The notes: generated by a model from the letters alone, not told the origin. A DNA stretch of 63,347 nt, filler included, from Rhabdomonas costata (GCA_019059605.1; 28 parts of 28 records of this genome joined end to end with filler, not necessarily neighbours in it), one strand, 5' to 3'. Positions 1 through 13,284 are shown, counted from the first letter of the whole stretch. A program made the numbers and translations.

Positions 1-233
1 GTGTTGTTGTATACTGATTTTTGTGGTCACACGCACTTCTGGACTTTTTTGACGTTTGACGTTTTCTTATTTTCTTTCTTTGTACTGGGAATTCGCATTT
101 CCCGTTGTGTCCTCCTGAGACCACTTGGATGTGTGTTTAGACTGGTGAACCCACTTTTCCTGCTTTTGGGTAGTTTTTTTTTGCAATATTCCTCGTGGTG
201 GGGCTCCTTAATGGTCCTTTCTTCTGTGCGCAG

Positions 234-395
234 GCAGTTAGAATCTTGGACCGGAACCTGCGGCCTCTGCATGCCTTTCCGGCTTACAGCCTGACCCTAC
301 TGCCGTGGCTTCCGCAGCCCAGCGCCGTCGCCGTGGGTCGTGACGGTCGCATTGTTGTCGCAGATACTGCCCTTCAGACAGTGTACATTTGCTGA
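234..395 (+). CDS. Last exon of an NHL-repeat (beta-propeller) protein
   Basis: Acceptor ctgtgcgcag|; reads AVRILDRNL...PQPSAVAVGRDGRIVVADTALQTVYIC-TGA, matching the NHL consensus P.GVAVD.DG.IYVADT. Confidence 0.7.
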   Translation, partial: AVRILDRNLRPLHAFPAYSLTLLPWLPQPSAVAVGRDGRIVVADTALQTVYIC

Positions 396-1309
396 GTGCA
401 GAAATAATTTTCCAAATTAGAGTAGACTGCATTCAGAGGGGGAAACGGCCTTGGGATGTTTTGTATACCTCGCATATTTCAGGAAAAATTCATTCCTGAA
501 TTCAATCTTGTTGTGTTGTTTGCGTGCTTGCATTGCCTTTCCTTTTAAGCCTGCTGCCTAAAATGCCCCCCCCCCCTATGGCTTTTCTGATGTTCTGAAC
601 TTGCCATGAACTTGCGCATGCAGAGCCTACGCTTCCATCTGAATTCCTGGCGTCACTGGGGGCCCGGAAGTACCTACTAATGCGAGTTTGCAAATGGGGT
701 GATTGGGCTTCCTTTTTCCTGGAAGGACATTTTCATGGTCCCAAAAACAGGAAGAACTTTTTGTCCGCACTGTTGCTGTGCTTTACCTTCGTCATTAGTT
801 CCTTTTTCGCCCTTTCCTGATCTTCTTTGCAGTTCAGTCCACCGTGTAATTTGCTCTTATTTGTTCATCTCACCCACCCAACAATGTACGCTGATTCTGA
901 GCAATGCCCGGATTTCTGGTATCTTTTTGAATTACTTGCTCGTGCTCGGCTGGGTGCTACTGGGCAGCCGGTTATGATGACGCGGATTTCTTTCCATCGC
1001 ATCATTGATTCAGTAGCTTCGGCTACTTTACCCTTTGCCAAGGCACCGCAAAGTATTCAGAATATCTGAATGGCACCCTGCCGTTCATTCACATTTCCGA
1101 AATCTTTTCACTAGCTGCGTACCACCCACAACGTTTTCTTTGACAAGCAACATGCGCTCCTTTGGGGGGGTTTGGGCACTTTCGCAGCTTCCGCAGGAAG
1201 GTTATTCTGGAGACCTCTGGTACGCCTGCGGAGTGCGACGTCGGGCCTTCAGAGAAATTTAACCGTGCGGGCCGAAAAGGCCGTGGGTCCTTTCTGGGAC
1301 ACCACGAGT

Positions 1310-1381
1310 CACCACCACCACCACCACCACCACCACCGGCCCAGCCTAAGTCCCAGTCATGGGCCAAAGGCAGGGCAGTGG

Positions 1382-1416
<35 letters not shown>
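1310..1416 (+). repeat. (CCA)n and (CAG)n trinucleotide repeats, probably poly-Pro/poly-Gln in an exon (~1199-1560)
   Basis: CCA run at ~1310-1335 and CAG run at 1384-1416 lie in a stop-free frame flanked by a candidate acceptor (ttccgcag) and donor (gtcagt). Product unknown. Confidence 0.75.
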
Positions 1417-1418
<2 letters not shown>

Positions 1419-2588
1419 ACAGCCACGGGGCGGGGAGGGCCCTTACCCCACAGGCCACCGTCACTCCCGCAGGCTGCTTCTCACCGGGAGGCCCAGCAGT
1501 CCCCTGGGGGCACTCCCTGGAGGGCTCCACAAGAGAGAGGCGCGGAAGTACACACAATTGGTCAGTGGCAGTACCTGATGTCTCTAGCATTTGAGCATTT
1601 GAGGGCAGAATGGGCACCATCAGCGTTGTTACCATTTTTGGTGGCTTTTTTGCCACCTTATTACTTATTACCAACTGGTTTTACTCACCTTTTGTCCCAC
1701 CTCTCCATCTGTTTCCCACTGACAAAAGCAGCCGAAGTGCTCCCGAATTTTTCAGCCCCAACAATCTTCGGCAGGAGGAATAGGAGAAATCCCTTCCATG
1801 GATTACTGTGTCATGTTTTTTTTTCGGCAAACGTGTTTCAAACGTAGAAAGTACAGAGAAGTCCCACTTAGCTCCAAAAGGCATTGCAGAACTTTTTCGG
1901 ACTTTTCACACCCTTCTGAGAGTGGAGCATAACAGATGCTGTGACAGTGGACAACAGCATGTCCGACAGCAAGAAATCGGAGGAGGACGGACGGGCGAAA
2001 GCCAGAGAGAATGTACCGAAGAAAACAACACGTGTGGGGGCGTGGCTCTAAAACTTGCTCCAGCACTCTGTAGGGTCCGCTTGGGTTTGCCCCTCTCCGC
2101 AACGGGTCGCACCGGGAGTCCCAGGAGTCGTCGCACTTATCTCAGCAGCCCCCGCAGAGGCGCCAGANNNNNNNNNNNNNNNNNNNNNNNNNNNNNNNNN
2201 NNNNNNNNNNNTTAATTAATTAANNNNNNNNNNNNNNNNNNNNNNNNNNNNNNNNNNNNNNNNNNNNTTTGTTTGGGCATGAATGTGATTACGATGTGCT
2301 TTCCGCAATGCTCGCTCCGTTGCTTCCCACCCGATTCTTCTTGAGTCCGTAAATACTGTCTCTTGCTTTACTTCTTGGGACCTGTTATGGCTGCGGTGAA
2401 AAGCGCGCTTTCCATGTTGTCAGTGTCATCACGATGCCCCAAGAAGTAAAGCAAGAGACAGTATTTACGGACTCAAGAAGAATCGGGTGGGAAGCAACGG
2501 AGCGAGCATTGCGGAAAGCACATCGTAATCACATTCATGTCCTAACAGATCGGATCACCCTTGGCGTGCAGGTCACAAACGGGTCCCA

Positions 2589-4416
2589 TCAATGGATTTC
2601 ATCAGAGCTCGTCACCCAGCGGACGACAAAGGTCGGCGAAAGAGTGATGCCCACTCCTATCCCCACTCCATTGTCAGTGCACAGCTGCCGAAGACAAGGT
2701 CGAGTTTGTCGAGCATCAGATAGCCATTTTTGAGCAGTACGTAATGACTTCCACCCCGTCGGCGAACCTGAGCAAGCGATCAGGCATTGCATCCATCGAC
2801 AAGAGTTCCTCAAATGCCTTCGATACCTGAGCATGAACTTTGCCGACTCGACGTGTTTGCAGGAGTTAAGAGGAGCATGAGGGGGGTGGCGCCCGTCCAG
2901 TACTCCTCAGACGGTAATTTAGCACCTTGGCACGAAGCGCCAGAAACGACTTAGATGGTGAGGACTTTTCATGGCAAACAAAGTGTGCGTAAATGCAACT
3001 GGTGTGTCATCAGTATGTTGTTGTTGTTGATCGAATGCAACTGTTTAAGACGGACAGCCGCAAAATTCTGGCTGAGTTTGAATCCGGAGCAGAAATGCCG
3101 AGAGTCAGGAGGCAGTAGAATGGTCAAAATGTCTTGCGTGTTAGATGACTAAAACCACAATAACAGCGGATGGCTGACGCCTTCCCCCCCGACTCACCAA
3201 TCCATCTGTGCAGGTCCCATGGGGCGCGAAAAGCGGTTGCTGGAAAGGAATTTCATAACCTGAGTGTGTAAGGACAGCAAGCAGTCGTCCGTTATGGAGT
3301 CGAAGTCCAGCAGCGGGTCATCACTGGGATCTTCCGCCTCAGAAGGAACGTCTGCATCATCAGACTACAAAAAACACAGTTTTACCAAAGAAAAGGGGAG
3401 AGCAGAAAGAGGCAATGAGGAAAGTGACTTCTCTTGAACGAGCACATGGACTTTTGCAAAGAAAAAAAAGGGTAGAGCAGCTTACCTGCTCCCTGTCAGG
3501 GGCTTCGGTTACATATTCCCGAGCATCAGCGGTAGGCTGGCTCGCTATGGAAATTGAACCCCCAGCACAGCTACCAGGAATCTCGCCGTTATCCGCGGAA
3601 GACTTCTCGGCGGGTAAGCCTCTGATAACCGACTCTGTAGCAGCGGACTGCATGGCCAGTTGAACTCCCTGGTGACTAAGGAACAAGAGCAGAGAAAACA
3701 CAGGAAGAAAGGCAACTTGGAATCTGGGTCCATCAAAACAGTTGGAGATGGGGCGAGAAAAAGGCAATCTCAAAGTGGATAGTATCAAATAAATGCAATG
3801 CGGTTCGATTCAAGAGGGCGTGTCGAAGGGAAGGTTCTCAATTGGAAGCCCAAGCCTTCCCCCGAAATGCGAAGGCAAAGCCGGATTGACAATGCGTACC
3901 TTACGCGTCCCACTATTTGGGCAGATAAGCAACCACCAAATGATGGGAACTTCAGCGGACTCTAGAGCACACCTTGAATCGCTGTTACCCTCGGGAAAAA
4001 CGACAGTGGAGAACTGATCATTCCCAGGGGTTTCACCCGGCCATTCTGCTGGAGCGTGGCCCAGCGCGGACGACTGTAACAAAAAAACAGCAACGACATA
4101 ATTCTTTTCAAGTCTGCAAAGAGAAAGAATGTGAAATACCTGCACACGCGTCACACAGACATACGGGTACATGTACGGATCCATTTGTCGATCTTTTCGG
4201 ATGCGCTTGTGACTATCACACAACCACCCTTCAGTGAAATAGACGGTATTGAAATGGAGGCATGCAGGTTGCGATTTATCTAACGGTCAAGAAAAAGTTG
4301 GGGGAAGCGCGCACGCCGTACGAGTGCTTCGTACAGCAGCGGGGGAAGCAGCCTGCTGCCGGACCTGCCCTGTCCAGGCACAACCATTGGCGGCCAAGGG
4401 AGACGAGCGACTGGAT
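2589..4416 (-). CDS. Multi-exon hypothetical protein (fragment)
   Basis: Phase-compatible GT-AG exons ~4416-4322, 4073-3937, 3675-3486, 3364-3198 and 2826-~2589 (...EAPDREQ|SDDADVPSEAEDPSDDPLLDFDSITDDCLLSLHTQVMKFL...QMDW|YRRHLRN). No family recognised. Confidence 0.55.
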
Positions 4417-4966
4417 CTGAACCCCCAAAACCCCNNNNNNNNNNNNNNNNNNNNNNNNNNNNNNNNNNNNNNNNNNNNTTAATTAATTAANNNNNNNNNN
4501 NNNNNNNNNNNNNNNNNNNNNNNNNNNNNNNNNNGGTTGGTGTGCTGCCTTCAGAGCAGTCGGAAAGGGAAAGAGCAATGGGAAAGATGGGGAATTTATT
4601 CTCTGCGTGTTAACGACAGACTTTTCATCTCAAGCCCATTGCGTTACTCGGTAGAATGCCGCCGTATGCATTTGGGTGCGTTCTTCTTGTATTTGAGTTG
4701 AATTTAAAATAAGTTGTTTCAGAAGCAGACTGGTGGGAGGCTCGCGCTCTACGGGATCCCTCTGCACCCCCTCTTCTTGCTGTAATGTACTGGGCGTGCT
4801 CGGCCAGGGTGCTCTCGCCCTTTCGCTCAGCACTGGCGTCAACAAAAGATGAAAATGGTGACCCGGAGGGAAACACCACCCCAATGATGGGTTCGCCGTT
4901 TTGTTGCCAAATTGTTTATTGGAAATCCAATGCGATTTGACTGTTGAGTTTTTCTCATCTGTTCAG

Positions 4967-6690
4967 GACCATCCCCCAGATGCTCAGTACCACCAGTGCG
5001 CCGTTGGGCACTACTGCCCACAGGCCACGTCGGTGCCCCTTCCATGCCCAATTGGGACGTACAACCCTGTCCCCGGCAAAGCCTCCGTCACAGAGTGTCT
5101 GGTCTGCGACGCGGGTGTGCCGCCCGCTTCCCCCATATGTCCTTTTCTTCGTTTTCGTCAAACTGTGACCGCACTCCTAGTTTCGAGTTTAGAACCAGGT
5201 GGGGGTGACAGGTGGGGGTCACACACACTTGTTTTTGGAAGCTCTGCCTTTTTTTTCAGCGGTCTAGGATTGCATATCGGATGTGACTGCGCACAACATC
5301 GACCTCGTGATGCCTGCATTTTCATTTAGGATTCTACTGCGCTTGGATTGGCTCGGCAAACGTCACTGGCGAATGCGAGGTGTGCCGTTGTCCTTTGCCT
5401 TATACGGCCCCGTCCTATCCCAAAATTGCGAAGCAGGGAAAGGACAGTCCGAAAGAAAAGCAAAACACCTCCAGGTTGAAATCACCCCTTTCTAGCTAAA
5501 AATAGCCCCCTAGGTGCAAAAATGCGTGATTTAGAATGCACCCCTTTTGTTTTTGACTTATTCAGTGGACGAGGACATTTCCCCCCTCAAAATACCTCCG
5601 GTTTTTGTGATTCTTCTTATGGACCGCGTGTTCTTCTTTGTTCGCGTTTGTGGATGTTTGTCTCAAAGGGCTACAGCGCACGAAGCAAATGTCTTTCCGC
5701 CACAAACAAAAATGAGCCTATTGCAAAAGATCATCAAAACTACCTTCCTGAGGACAGTCTACAATAATACGATACACTGTAGATCATGATTTTCTCCCAT
5801 TTTCTACCTTGAGTGATCAGTTGATTTATGACTTTTTTGAAAGGTAAGTGACACGTACAGCATGATTATGTCCATTGGCTGGCTCTTATAACATTATGGG
5901 TTTTCTGTTTGTCTTTCCTCCAGCTGTTGGTGTGATTTGGGAGTGAACTTGGGGGGTTGGGACACACCCACAGCCGGGTTACTACTGCCCGTTGGGATCC
6001 TCTGGGGGCACCCAAGTGCCGTGCCCACCACGCTACTACCGCTCCCTTCCCCGCGCCGAGAGTGAGGACTTCTGCGCAGTCTGCCCACGGGGCTACTACT
6101 GTATGCTATGTCTCAGGGTCTGGAACCCTGAAGCCCTGAAGCCCTGCGGGCATTTTCCCACAACCACACTTTGATGCAAGAAATTCTTGATTGTGGTGGA
6201 TAGTGCTCGATTTTGGCTGTGTTGGCTGTTGTTTTCAAGCCCACACACGTACGCACGAAAGCAAGAAAACAAATGTGAAAACAAGCATTCGTGTGGAAGG
6301 GACTGCTTGCGAGTTTTCGTTTTCACGTGGCCTTTCGAAAACCAAATATCTTAGGCTTGCGGCTCAAGCTTAAACTGTCCCTGTCCATTAAATGAGAGTA
6401 TTTTCGGGCGTAGTAGCGAACAATGAAAAACATACCGATATGACTCCCCTTTTCTCTTCCCACTTCGTTGCAATGAAGTGTTTCATGTTTTTTATCCTTG
6501 AATTTCTAAGATTCTCTTTCGTATTAAATGTGAAGCGCGCCACAAGTAGCCTTTTTTTTAGAGGACTGGCACTGGCGTGACTTCCGCACCTCCGAACACT
6601 ACAACTCACCACAGGCCCTGAGGCCACTGCCATCCCACTGCCCTGCACTCGCGGTTTCTACTGCCCCGTCGGCGTCTCCGCCCCAACCCC
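4967..6690 (+). CDS. Cysteine-rich GCC2/GCC3 (ephrin-receptor-like repeat) surface protein, internal exons
   Basis: Exons 4967-5114, 5330-5379, 5974-6100 and 6615-end splice in phase: CAVGHYCPQATSVPLPCPIGTYNP...CDAG|FYC...GECE|PGYYCPLGS...CPRGYY|CPEATAIPLPCTRGFYCP, with repeated C..G.YC motifs. Confidence 0.88.
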
Positions 6691-6832
6691 AACACACCAA
6701 ANNNNNNNNNNNNNNNNNNNNNNNNNNNNNNNNNNNNNNNNNNNNTTAATTAATTAANNNNNNNNNNNNNNNNNNNNNNNNNNNNNNNNNNNNNNNNNNN
6801 NGGGTTGGTGGGGGGAATATACGGCACCCCGC

Positions 6833-7453
6833 TCACAGCGCCTTGAGGGAAGCTTCCAACGGAGCGAAGGTGTCGGTAATCCCACATCCGTCCCAGCTGA
6901 GGTACAAGGTGGGTGCAAGCACGAAGCGCTGGGCCAGGGCCTCCGGCTGTACGGGAGGATGCCACGGAGGAAGAGGCAACGACGCGCCGTAGCAGGTTCC
7001 GGCACGAGCGAGAACCCTGATCAAGGTCAGAAGTACCGTAGGGCCCCACGGCTGAGGTTGATCCGCACTCGTCCAGTGGTCCGGGTCGGTCGAGGAAAGC
7101 AGGGCGTCTACAGGATCCGGGATTTTTTTACCCCATCTGTGGTATTTCTCGCTGTCAGATTGCGTGAGCAATTCTGACCTGAAAATTTGTGCCGCCCGAA
7201 TTGTTGTGCAGAAACTTCACCACAATGAACCAAGCGGAAGCGTCCAGCGGAGTGCGTCCCCCATGATTTCGCTGCCATTTTACATGGATGATCCTCTTGC
7301 ATCGTTTTTGTTTTGCAGGGACCTTCAGCCTGCAGTTTCTGGGGTGTGCCTGTGCTCGTGTCTATGCTGGCTTGTGAAGTCTAGCACTTAGTAACGCTTT
7401 CTCCCCTCAATTTGTTAGAGTTGCGTGCCCGAATGGTCTGTGTGTGTTTCGCG

Positions 7454-7503
<50 letters not shown>

Positions 7504-7728
7504 CTGCGGAGTCTTGAGCCTAGTTGGCAATGCCAGAAGCATACTGTCCTGGATATACTCTCCCTTGCACGTAATAGAGTGTGGTTTTGTATGAATGCAC
7601 CAATGCGCCAACCGGCATGCTTTCTTCTTGTTGTTTTGAATGTGCGTGTGGATGGGTGGGTGTTCAGAAGCCCAACCGCAGATGGTGGGAAGATCCTGGA
7701 AGCATGGAGTTTCTCGAAGCTGAGCGGC
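6833..7728 (-). CDS. Hypothetical protein, two exons
   Basis: Exon ~7728-7677 (AAQLRETPCFQDLPTIC) joins in phase to 7107-6833 (DALLSSTDPDHW...LEASLKAL), which ends at TGA or an adjacent GTGAGC donor. Confidence 0.45.
7457..7500. repeat. (CA)n microsatellite
   Basis: Uninterrupted CA run. Similar tracts: ~12708-12746 (GAGT)n, ~12917-12931, ~19336-19359, ~21292-21309 and ~49868-49899. Confidence 0.95.
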
Positions 7729-8477
7729 ACTGGCGGGTAGAAAACACACACGCACACATCTTCCCTTTCCGCTGTGCACTCAAACCCGAGGAGAAGTAGC
7801 ATAATGTATTGATTGATTAACAGCTTTGGTTTTCTTTCCGGAGTTGTCGTATGACAATCCTGAGGCGTTTGGAAGCGATTGGAATTTACAGGATATGAAT
7901 TAGACTTTGGCAACTCCCTCTCTCAGCCTCGCTCACCTGACTCTTGGGTTTGAAGAATCACACAAGGGATTCAGGAGCCATGAGGAACAAGTATTATGGA
8001 TATGGTTATGGGTATTCTCGCGACGAGAGAGTTGTATTTAGAAGCGAGAAACCAGTTGATAATGTTTTCGAAACTTCACTTCAAATGAAGAGCAGGAACT
8101 GGTGTGGTGGATGTGGTCTGCCATTCTGCACACTGAATGGCGACAAAACTTCTGTTGAGGTGAAGGCACGAGTGGTGGCGGTGGTGGTGTTTTCAGGACC
8201 TGCTCACCCGGAGGGCAGAGCAATGCAAAGAACTCGCAACGGGAATCCAAAGGACACCCCTTGCCTCCTGTATGACCCGTTGTTCGTTTGGAAGCTTTTT
8301 TTGAGTGCACAAGGGAGGCAAATAAATATGAAACCGGTTTATCGCAATGAAGTTCCCCGGCTAATGATTTGGCTTGTAAATTTTATTGCTTGTGCTTGCG
8401 CGTCTTGCTTCGCGATGTCATGTTGACTGACATTGACAGAGAGTAGAGCAGTCGTGGAGGGAGAAGAGCGGCTTAGG

Positions 8478-8984
8478 ATGAGGTTTGGCCGGTTTCAGAA
8501 CAATGTCGTTCCTGCCTCTGCTTCTATACTTCTTCGCCTCCCGTTGTTCTGGTGGGTACTGTTCGACATCTTCACAGACAGCAAGGACATCAGGCACCTG
8601 AACTTGCAGGGCTGCTGCTACCGCATCTACAACACTTCTGCTGTTCCCCAGGTTTTCAAGCGATCGACAGGTCTGCCGTTCTGTATGAATGCTGCATATG
8701 GCGCAGCTTGCTCATAGCAGCTACCAATGTCAAGATCAGCTTCGGCATGGACGCTACTGCAGCTGTTGAGGGAATGGATGCAGCATCGATTTGCCACTGG
8801 TTTTTTTGGGGGGGGGCTTGCTGTCTTGAAGTGCATTCCGAAGTGATGCCTGAATTCGTGTGACCGGGGTCTTCTGTGTGGTCCTACTCACAGCACAGGA
8901 GGAGGACTTGTACAGCCTCTCGGAGGCTGGGGAGGAGCCTGGGCTGGTGGTGCGGGACTCCGAGACGGGCCATTACAACAAACC
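8478..8984 (+). CDS. Hypothetical protein, 5'/internal exons
   Basis: ...LFWWVLFDIFTDSKDIRHLNLQGCCYRIYN...KRST, donor gtctgc at ~8672, acceptor ctcacag at 8893, continuing in phase AQEEDLYSLSEAGEEPGLVVRDSETGHY. Confidence 0.5.
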
Positions 8985-9122
8985 NNNNNNNNNNNNNNNN
9001 NNNNNNNNNNNNNNNNNNNNNNNNNNNNTTAATTAATTAANNNNNNNNNNNNNNNNNNNNNNNNNNNNNNNNNNNNNNNNNNNNGGTGGGTTGTCCAATT
9101 GTCCGGTGTTTTTGTGATCATT

Positions 9123-11078
9123 GCGGGGAACCGCCATATACAACAACTTGTTGTCTCGCAAGGCCCTGCATCGAACCTACAGAAAAAAAATAGAGGTGCA
9201 TAACCATCTATAGCACGCTGTGGACAACTGCGCCACTGGCCAATTCCGACCCAAAGAACTGAGCACCGTGAGAACATTCACAGCGACCAAGGCTACAAGG
9301 CCCTCTGGGGCCCAATGCTGAAGCGTTTGAACCACACCGCCACCACGGTACCGAACCCCAACCCCTCATCCCTGCCAAAGCTCAAAGAGAACCAAAACGT
9401 TTGCCACCCGAAAACAACAGGAGGGGAGACCTCACACTGTGCCATGTCAGGGTTGCACTTCACCACCCGAGCGCTCAGCCAGATCTGCAACCCGGCAAGC
9501 ACGTTGGCTGCCTGCGCGGAGCCACTGAAGCAAGGGATACGTCCCTCGGGGTCAGGCTGGTCCACCTCCACAGCACCTGCGGTGCTCTGCCAACGTTCCC
9601 CGCAATGATCACAAAAACACCGGACAATTGGGCAACCCAACTAATCCCGACATACATCCACATATATACTCTCTCTGCCGTCCGAGGAAAAAATCCTGGA
9701 CTCTTCTCACTCTTTATTTCCCTTTCCGACGTGTGTGATTGTTTTCGAGTTTCCACCATCTAATTTTCCTGCAACACTATTGTCGGGGTCTTTCTCTCTT
9801 ATTGTCCTCGCCTATTTTTTTCCTATTAGTTTTCCCCTACCAATTTTCTCCTTCCCTAAAATGGGCTATCTTGTGGGTTTCCGGGCTTTCTAGGTGACGG
9901 GCATCCGCTGGAATCAACAAACTGTGAAGTGATCCACACCTGCTCACATCAGGTTATCATCAGCCAGCGCGCATCAGCCACACATAGTGGTATGCGGCAG
10001 CGCTCAGCATCACAATGCGTGCGAGCCTTCAATAGCGTCCGAAATGGGGCCGAGGTTCCCAGAAAACTGCGGAATGGTTCATTGAACCCCACTGTAACCT
10101 GCAAATACACCTAAGGGACACAGAGCCCATAAGCCTGTTGCAGCTTAAAGGTGACACAGACCTTGAGCAGAGACCACACTTGCTGCCTCATCGCCTCCTT
10201 CCCCGCATGGCGGTCCTTCCACTTGGGCTGCCTCGGGTCATCCCTCCTTGTGGGGAGAAAGTCCGGCCTGGTGCTCTCGGGGGAACTCTCCGACACTCGA
10301 GGCACGGGGACACGCTCGGCTTCCAGGGCACTGACCCCCGGACGCCAACCCGCAGTTTCGCAGCACCCACACTGCAGGGGTCGGTCCAGCGCAGCTTTGG
10401 AAGTCATTATTGTTGTGTTTGTCTTATAATCCTAATCGTTCACCAAAGCTCAACAAGAAGCGAGTTCCCAACAACAATATACCCCAGTTGAAAGACCTCG
10501 GAAAAGCCAAAGTGATTTCATTCAATGCCCCCCCCCCACTAAACTGATGAGATGGTGGCTGAGGAAGGTCACTCACAACTGAAAAGCAAGGGTTTGAGTG
10601 CAGGCGTACCCCTTGTCGGGGTTCACAGGCACCACTTCTGAGCAAGTAATCAGCGGGGAGTACATCCGCAGAATCGCAGAGCACAACTTCTCCGTGGAGC
10701 CTGTAAAGCGCCCCCCACGTTCCTTCCCAACAAGGCATTAGGGTACCCCAGAAAAAATAGGAAAAGCCCCAACAAAAAACTCCGCAGCGTGTGGAATGCC
10801 AGGAATTTTGGAGAGAGAATCCCTTGTCCCCAAAACTGCACAAGTGGTAGTCTTTGCCCCAGGCCGACCAATGAATACACGGGGGCGTGACATTGTCTGA
10901 GCTAACAACTAACAGCCAAAACAACCCGGTCGAAATTTGTCCTGGTGCCACAGTAGGAGAGGGCTTTCTTACGAGAAAACCCTCCGCTGAATGACGAGCA
11001 GGACGCGGAGAAAAAAGCTGAGCCGACAAGGCCCACATATACCAGCGGTGGTTCGGCCGCTGCCTTTCTTGAGTTTCC
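9123..11078 (-). CDS. 5-formyltetrahydrofolate cyclo-ligase-like protein (MTHFSD family) with N-terminal extension
   Basis: Six in-phase exons: 11078-11043, 10901-10869, 10700-10610, 10371-10162, 9586-9431, 9176-9123. They give KEAMRQQVWSLLK|STAGAVE...GRIPCFSGSAQAA.VLAGLQIWLSARVVKCNPDMAQCE|VRCRALRDNKLLYMAVPR, carrying the family motifs RIP.F.G, VK.NPD..Q and R..AL...K.LYMAVPR. Confidence 0.88.
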
Positions 11079-11368
11079 CTTTGCGATCAAAAGCGATACG
11101 AAACTGAGCAAGACTATTTGGCTTGCTAATTCCTCAAACACGAAAAAGCTTCGTCATGTGAATATCTAAAACCACATTGATGGTATTGTGAGCGCTTTCG
11201 CATGGGCTTTCTCTGCCCTGAGGACGAAAGGCGAAAGCGCTCACAAACCACNNNNNNNNNNNNNNNNNNNNNNNNNNNNNNNNNNNNNNNNNNNNTTAAT
11301 TAATTAANNNNNNNNNNNNNNNNNNNNNNNNNNNNNNNNNNNNNNNNNNNNGTGTGGGGGGGCTCAAC

Positions 11369-13284
11369 CTGCAGAGGCTCCCCTGCAAGCAGAGGCGAGG
11401 GGCTCTTGCCCTCTAGCTCCAGCACTCGAGCTTGAAGCTGCCGCACCTGAGCCTCCAGCTCGGCCTGCCGAGCGGCCTCCTGAGAAAACATCAGGACGCT
11501 CAGGTGTCCTCCCCATCACCACAACCACGCTTTCCAAAAGCCTTCCGAGGTTTCCGCAAGCGCAGTCACAGTGGATGAAGGAGAAGACCTGAACGGGTCA
11601 TGACCACGCGCAGTTTTTTTGTATTTCTCGCAACAATTTGCGATCCCAGAAATAGCAGCAGGTCCTTAATCTCTCAAGTCTCCCAAAACATTAAGTGGGG
11701 AGCACGCCCAAACAACACGGGTCGGAACGTTGCCCGCGGGACTTTTCAAAGTGGCACAGGCACACCTCCTCGCGCAGCTTGCGCTCTGCGTCGTGACGGT
11801 CCTGCAGCTCCATCAGCTTGCGCTCATAAACAGAGCTGCGGTACCAGAAATAATGCATCTTGTCACTGGCTGTCCTCATTGAGTTTGCACTACTGCCTTG
11901 TCTGCCATACTCGTTCTTGCATTCCCACGCACTCGGCGATTCTTTCAAACAGCTGTTATCTTGAACCATCGCCAGCATTGCTTTCCTCGCAAAGAGTCTC
12001 GACTAAAAATTCACGTTCTCATTCTCACATTCGTACTGCTGCATCTGACCTCTGTGTCGTCCCTCAACTGTGCCTGTTTCCCACGTTTGCCACAGCATCG
12101 TACCACACTCTTCAAGATTCGCACTGCATCAAATCGGATAGTTGCAGGGCAGGGGCGGTGAGGGCAAACCTAAGCTCAGCAAGCTGGGCATCCACACCAC
12201 CTCCACACGAAAAGTCCATCGTGGCCTTCGGCTTCTCGGACATTTCCTCACTTTGCGGCACCACCACCTGAACCAAAAAACTGCATTCCTGCATTCCTCT
12301 ACAGCAGGATAGTAATAACATGAGGAGTCAAGGCGTGCGTTCACATTGTTAGTCGGTGACGCAGGGGAGGCTGAATCCATACCTGACAAATTATTGCAGA
12401 ACAGTTGAGAGTTTTGCATAGTCGTCAGCAATGGAGCGCCGCCCCCACCCTCCCGTGAGGTGTGGGCAAAAGCTTCTACATCCCTGAGCACCATGGCCTC
12501 CATTAGGATCGAGAAATCGAGGCTTTGACCTGGGGATAACACACACACATATCAACACGCGCACCTCAGGAGGGAAAGGCAGAGGGGAGGAGGCCTTCGA
12601 CCGCTTGAGCTCCAGCATACAAATGTCGTAGTCCCGCGTGAGCTGATCCAGCCTGCAGAGAGGGTTTGTTGATTCTTAAATTACTGAGTGTGTGCGTGTG
12701 TGTGGGTGAATGAGTGAGTGAGTGAGTGAGTGAGTGAGTGAGTGAGTGTGAGCGTGTGTTCACACATGCAACTTGGCCTTTATGACAGATGCAATTCTTG
12801 ACCCCCCACACACATGCAATGCGTGCATTCTCAGAGCGCACCGCCCTTCCTCTTCCCTGGTTGAGTCGTTTTTTTTTTACGCAGAATTGCCTTCAGTGTG
12901 TGAGTGAGTGTAAATTTGTGTGTGTGTGTGTGTCTGTGTGAGAGCGAGTGTGAGTGTAGGTGAAAGTGCGTGTGTGCTTGTGTGTGCAAGGGAATCGGGT
13001 GGCACATAAGTACTGCCGGCACTATCCATCTTGCCTTTTTGCACACGGCAAAGGAAACAAGGTACAAAACCTTCGTGGCGTGCAAAACAAAAGCTGCCTG
13101 ACCCGCGTTCCCTGGTAAAATGGAAGTTCAGACCGGCTGAAAATGCCGTAGACGTTTCGACTCAGATGAATCCCCTATAAAAAAAGAGTGACTAGAGACA
13201 CACCGCTCAGCGAGAGCAGCCTTCTCCCGCTCCACCCGGACGCACTCCTTGACCTTCTCCTTCAGGAGGCAGCTCAGCTCCCCC
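11369..13284 (-). CDS. Coiled-coil hypothetical protein, internal exons
   Basis: In-phase exons ~13284-13204, 12652-12565, 12267-12170, 11835-11766 and 11479-11369: ...ERKLMELQDRHDAERKLREE|EAARQAELEAQVRQLQARVLELE. Confidence 0.75.
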
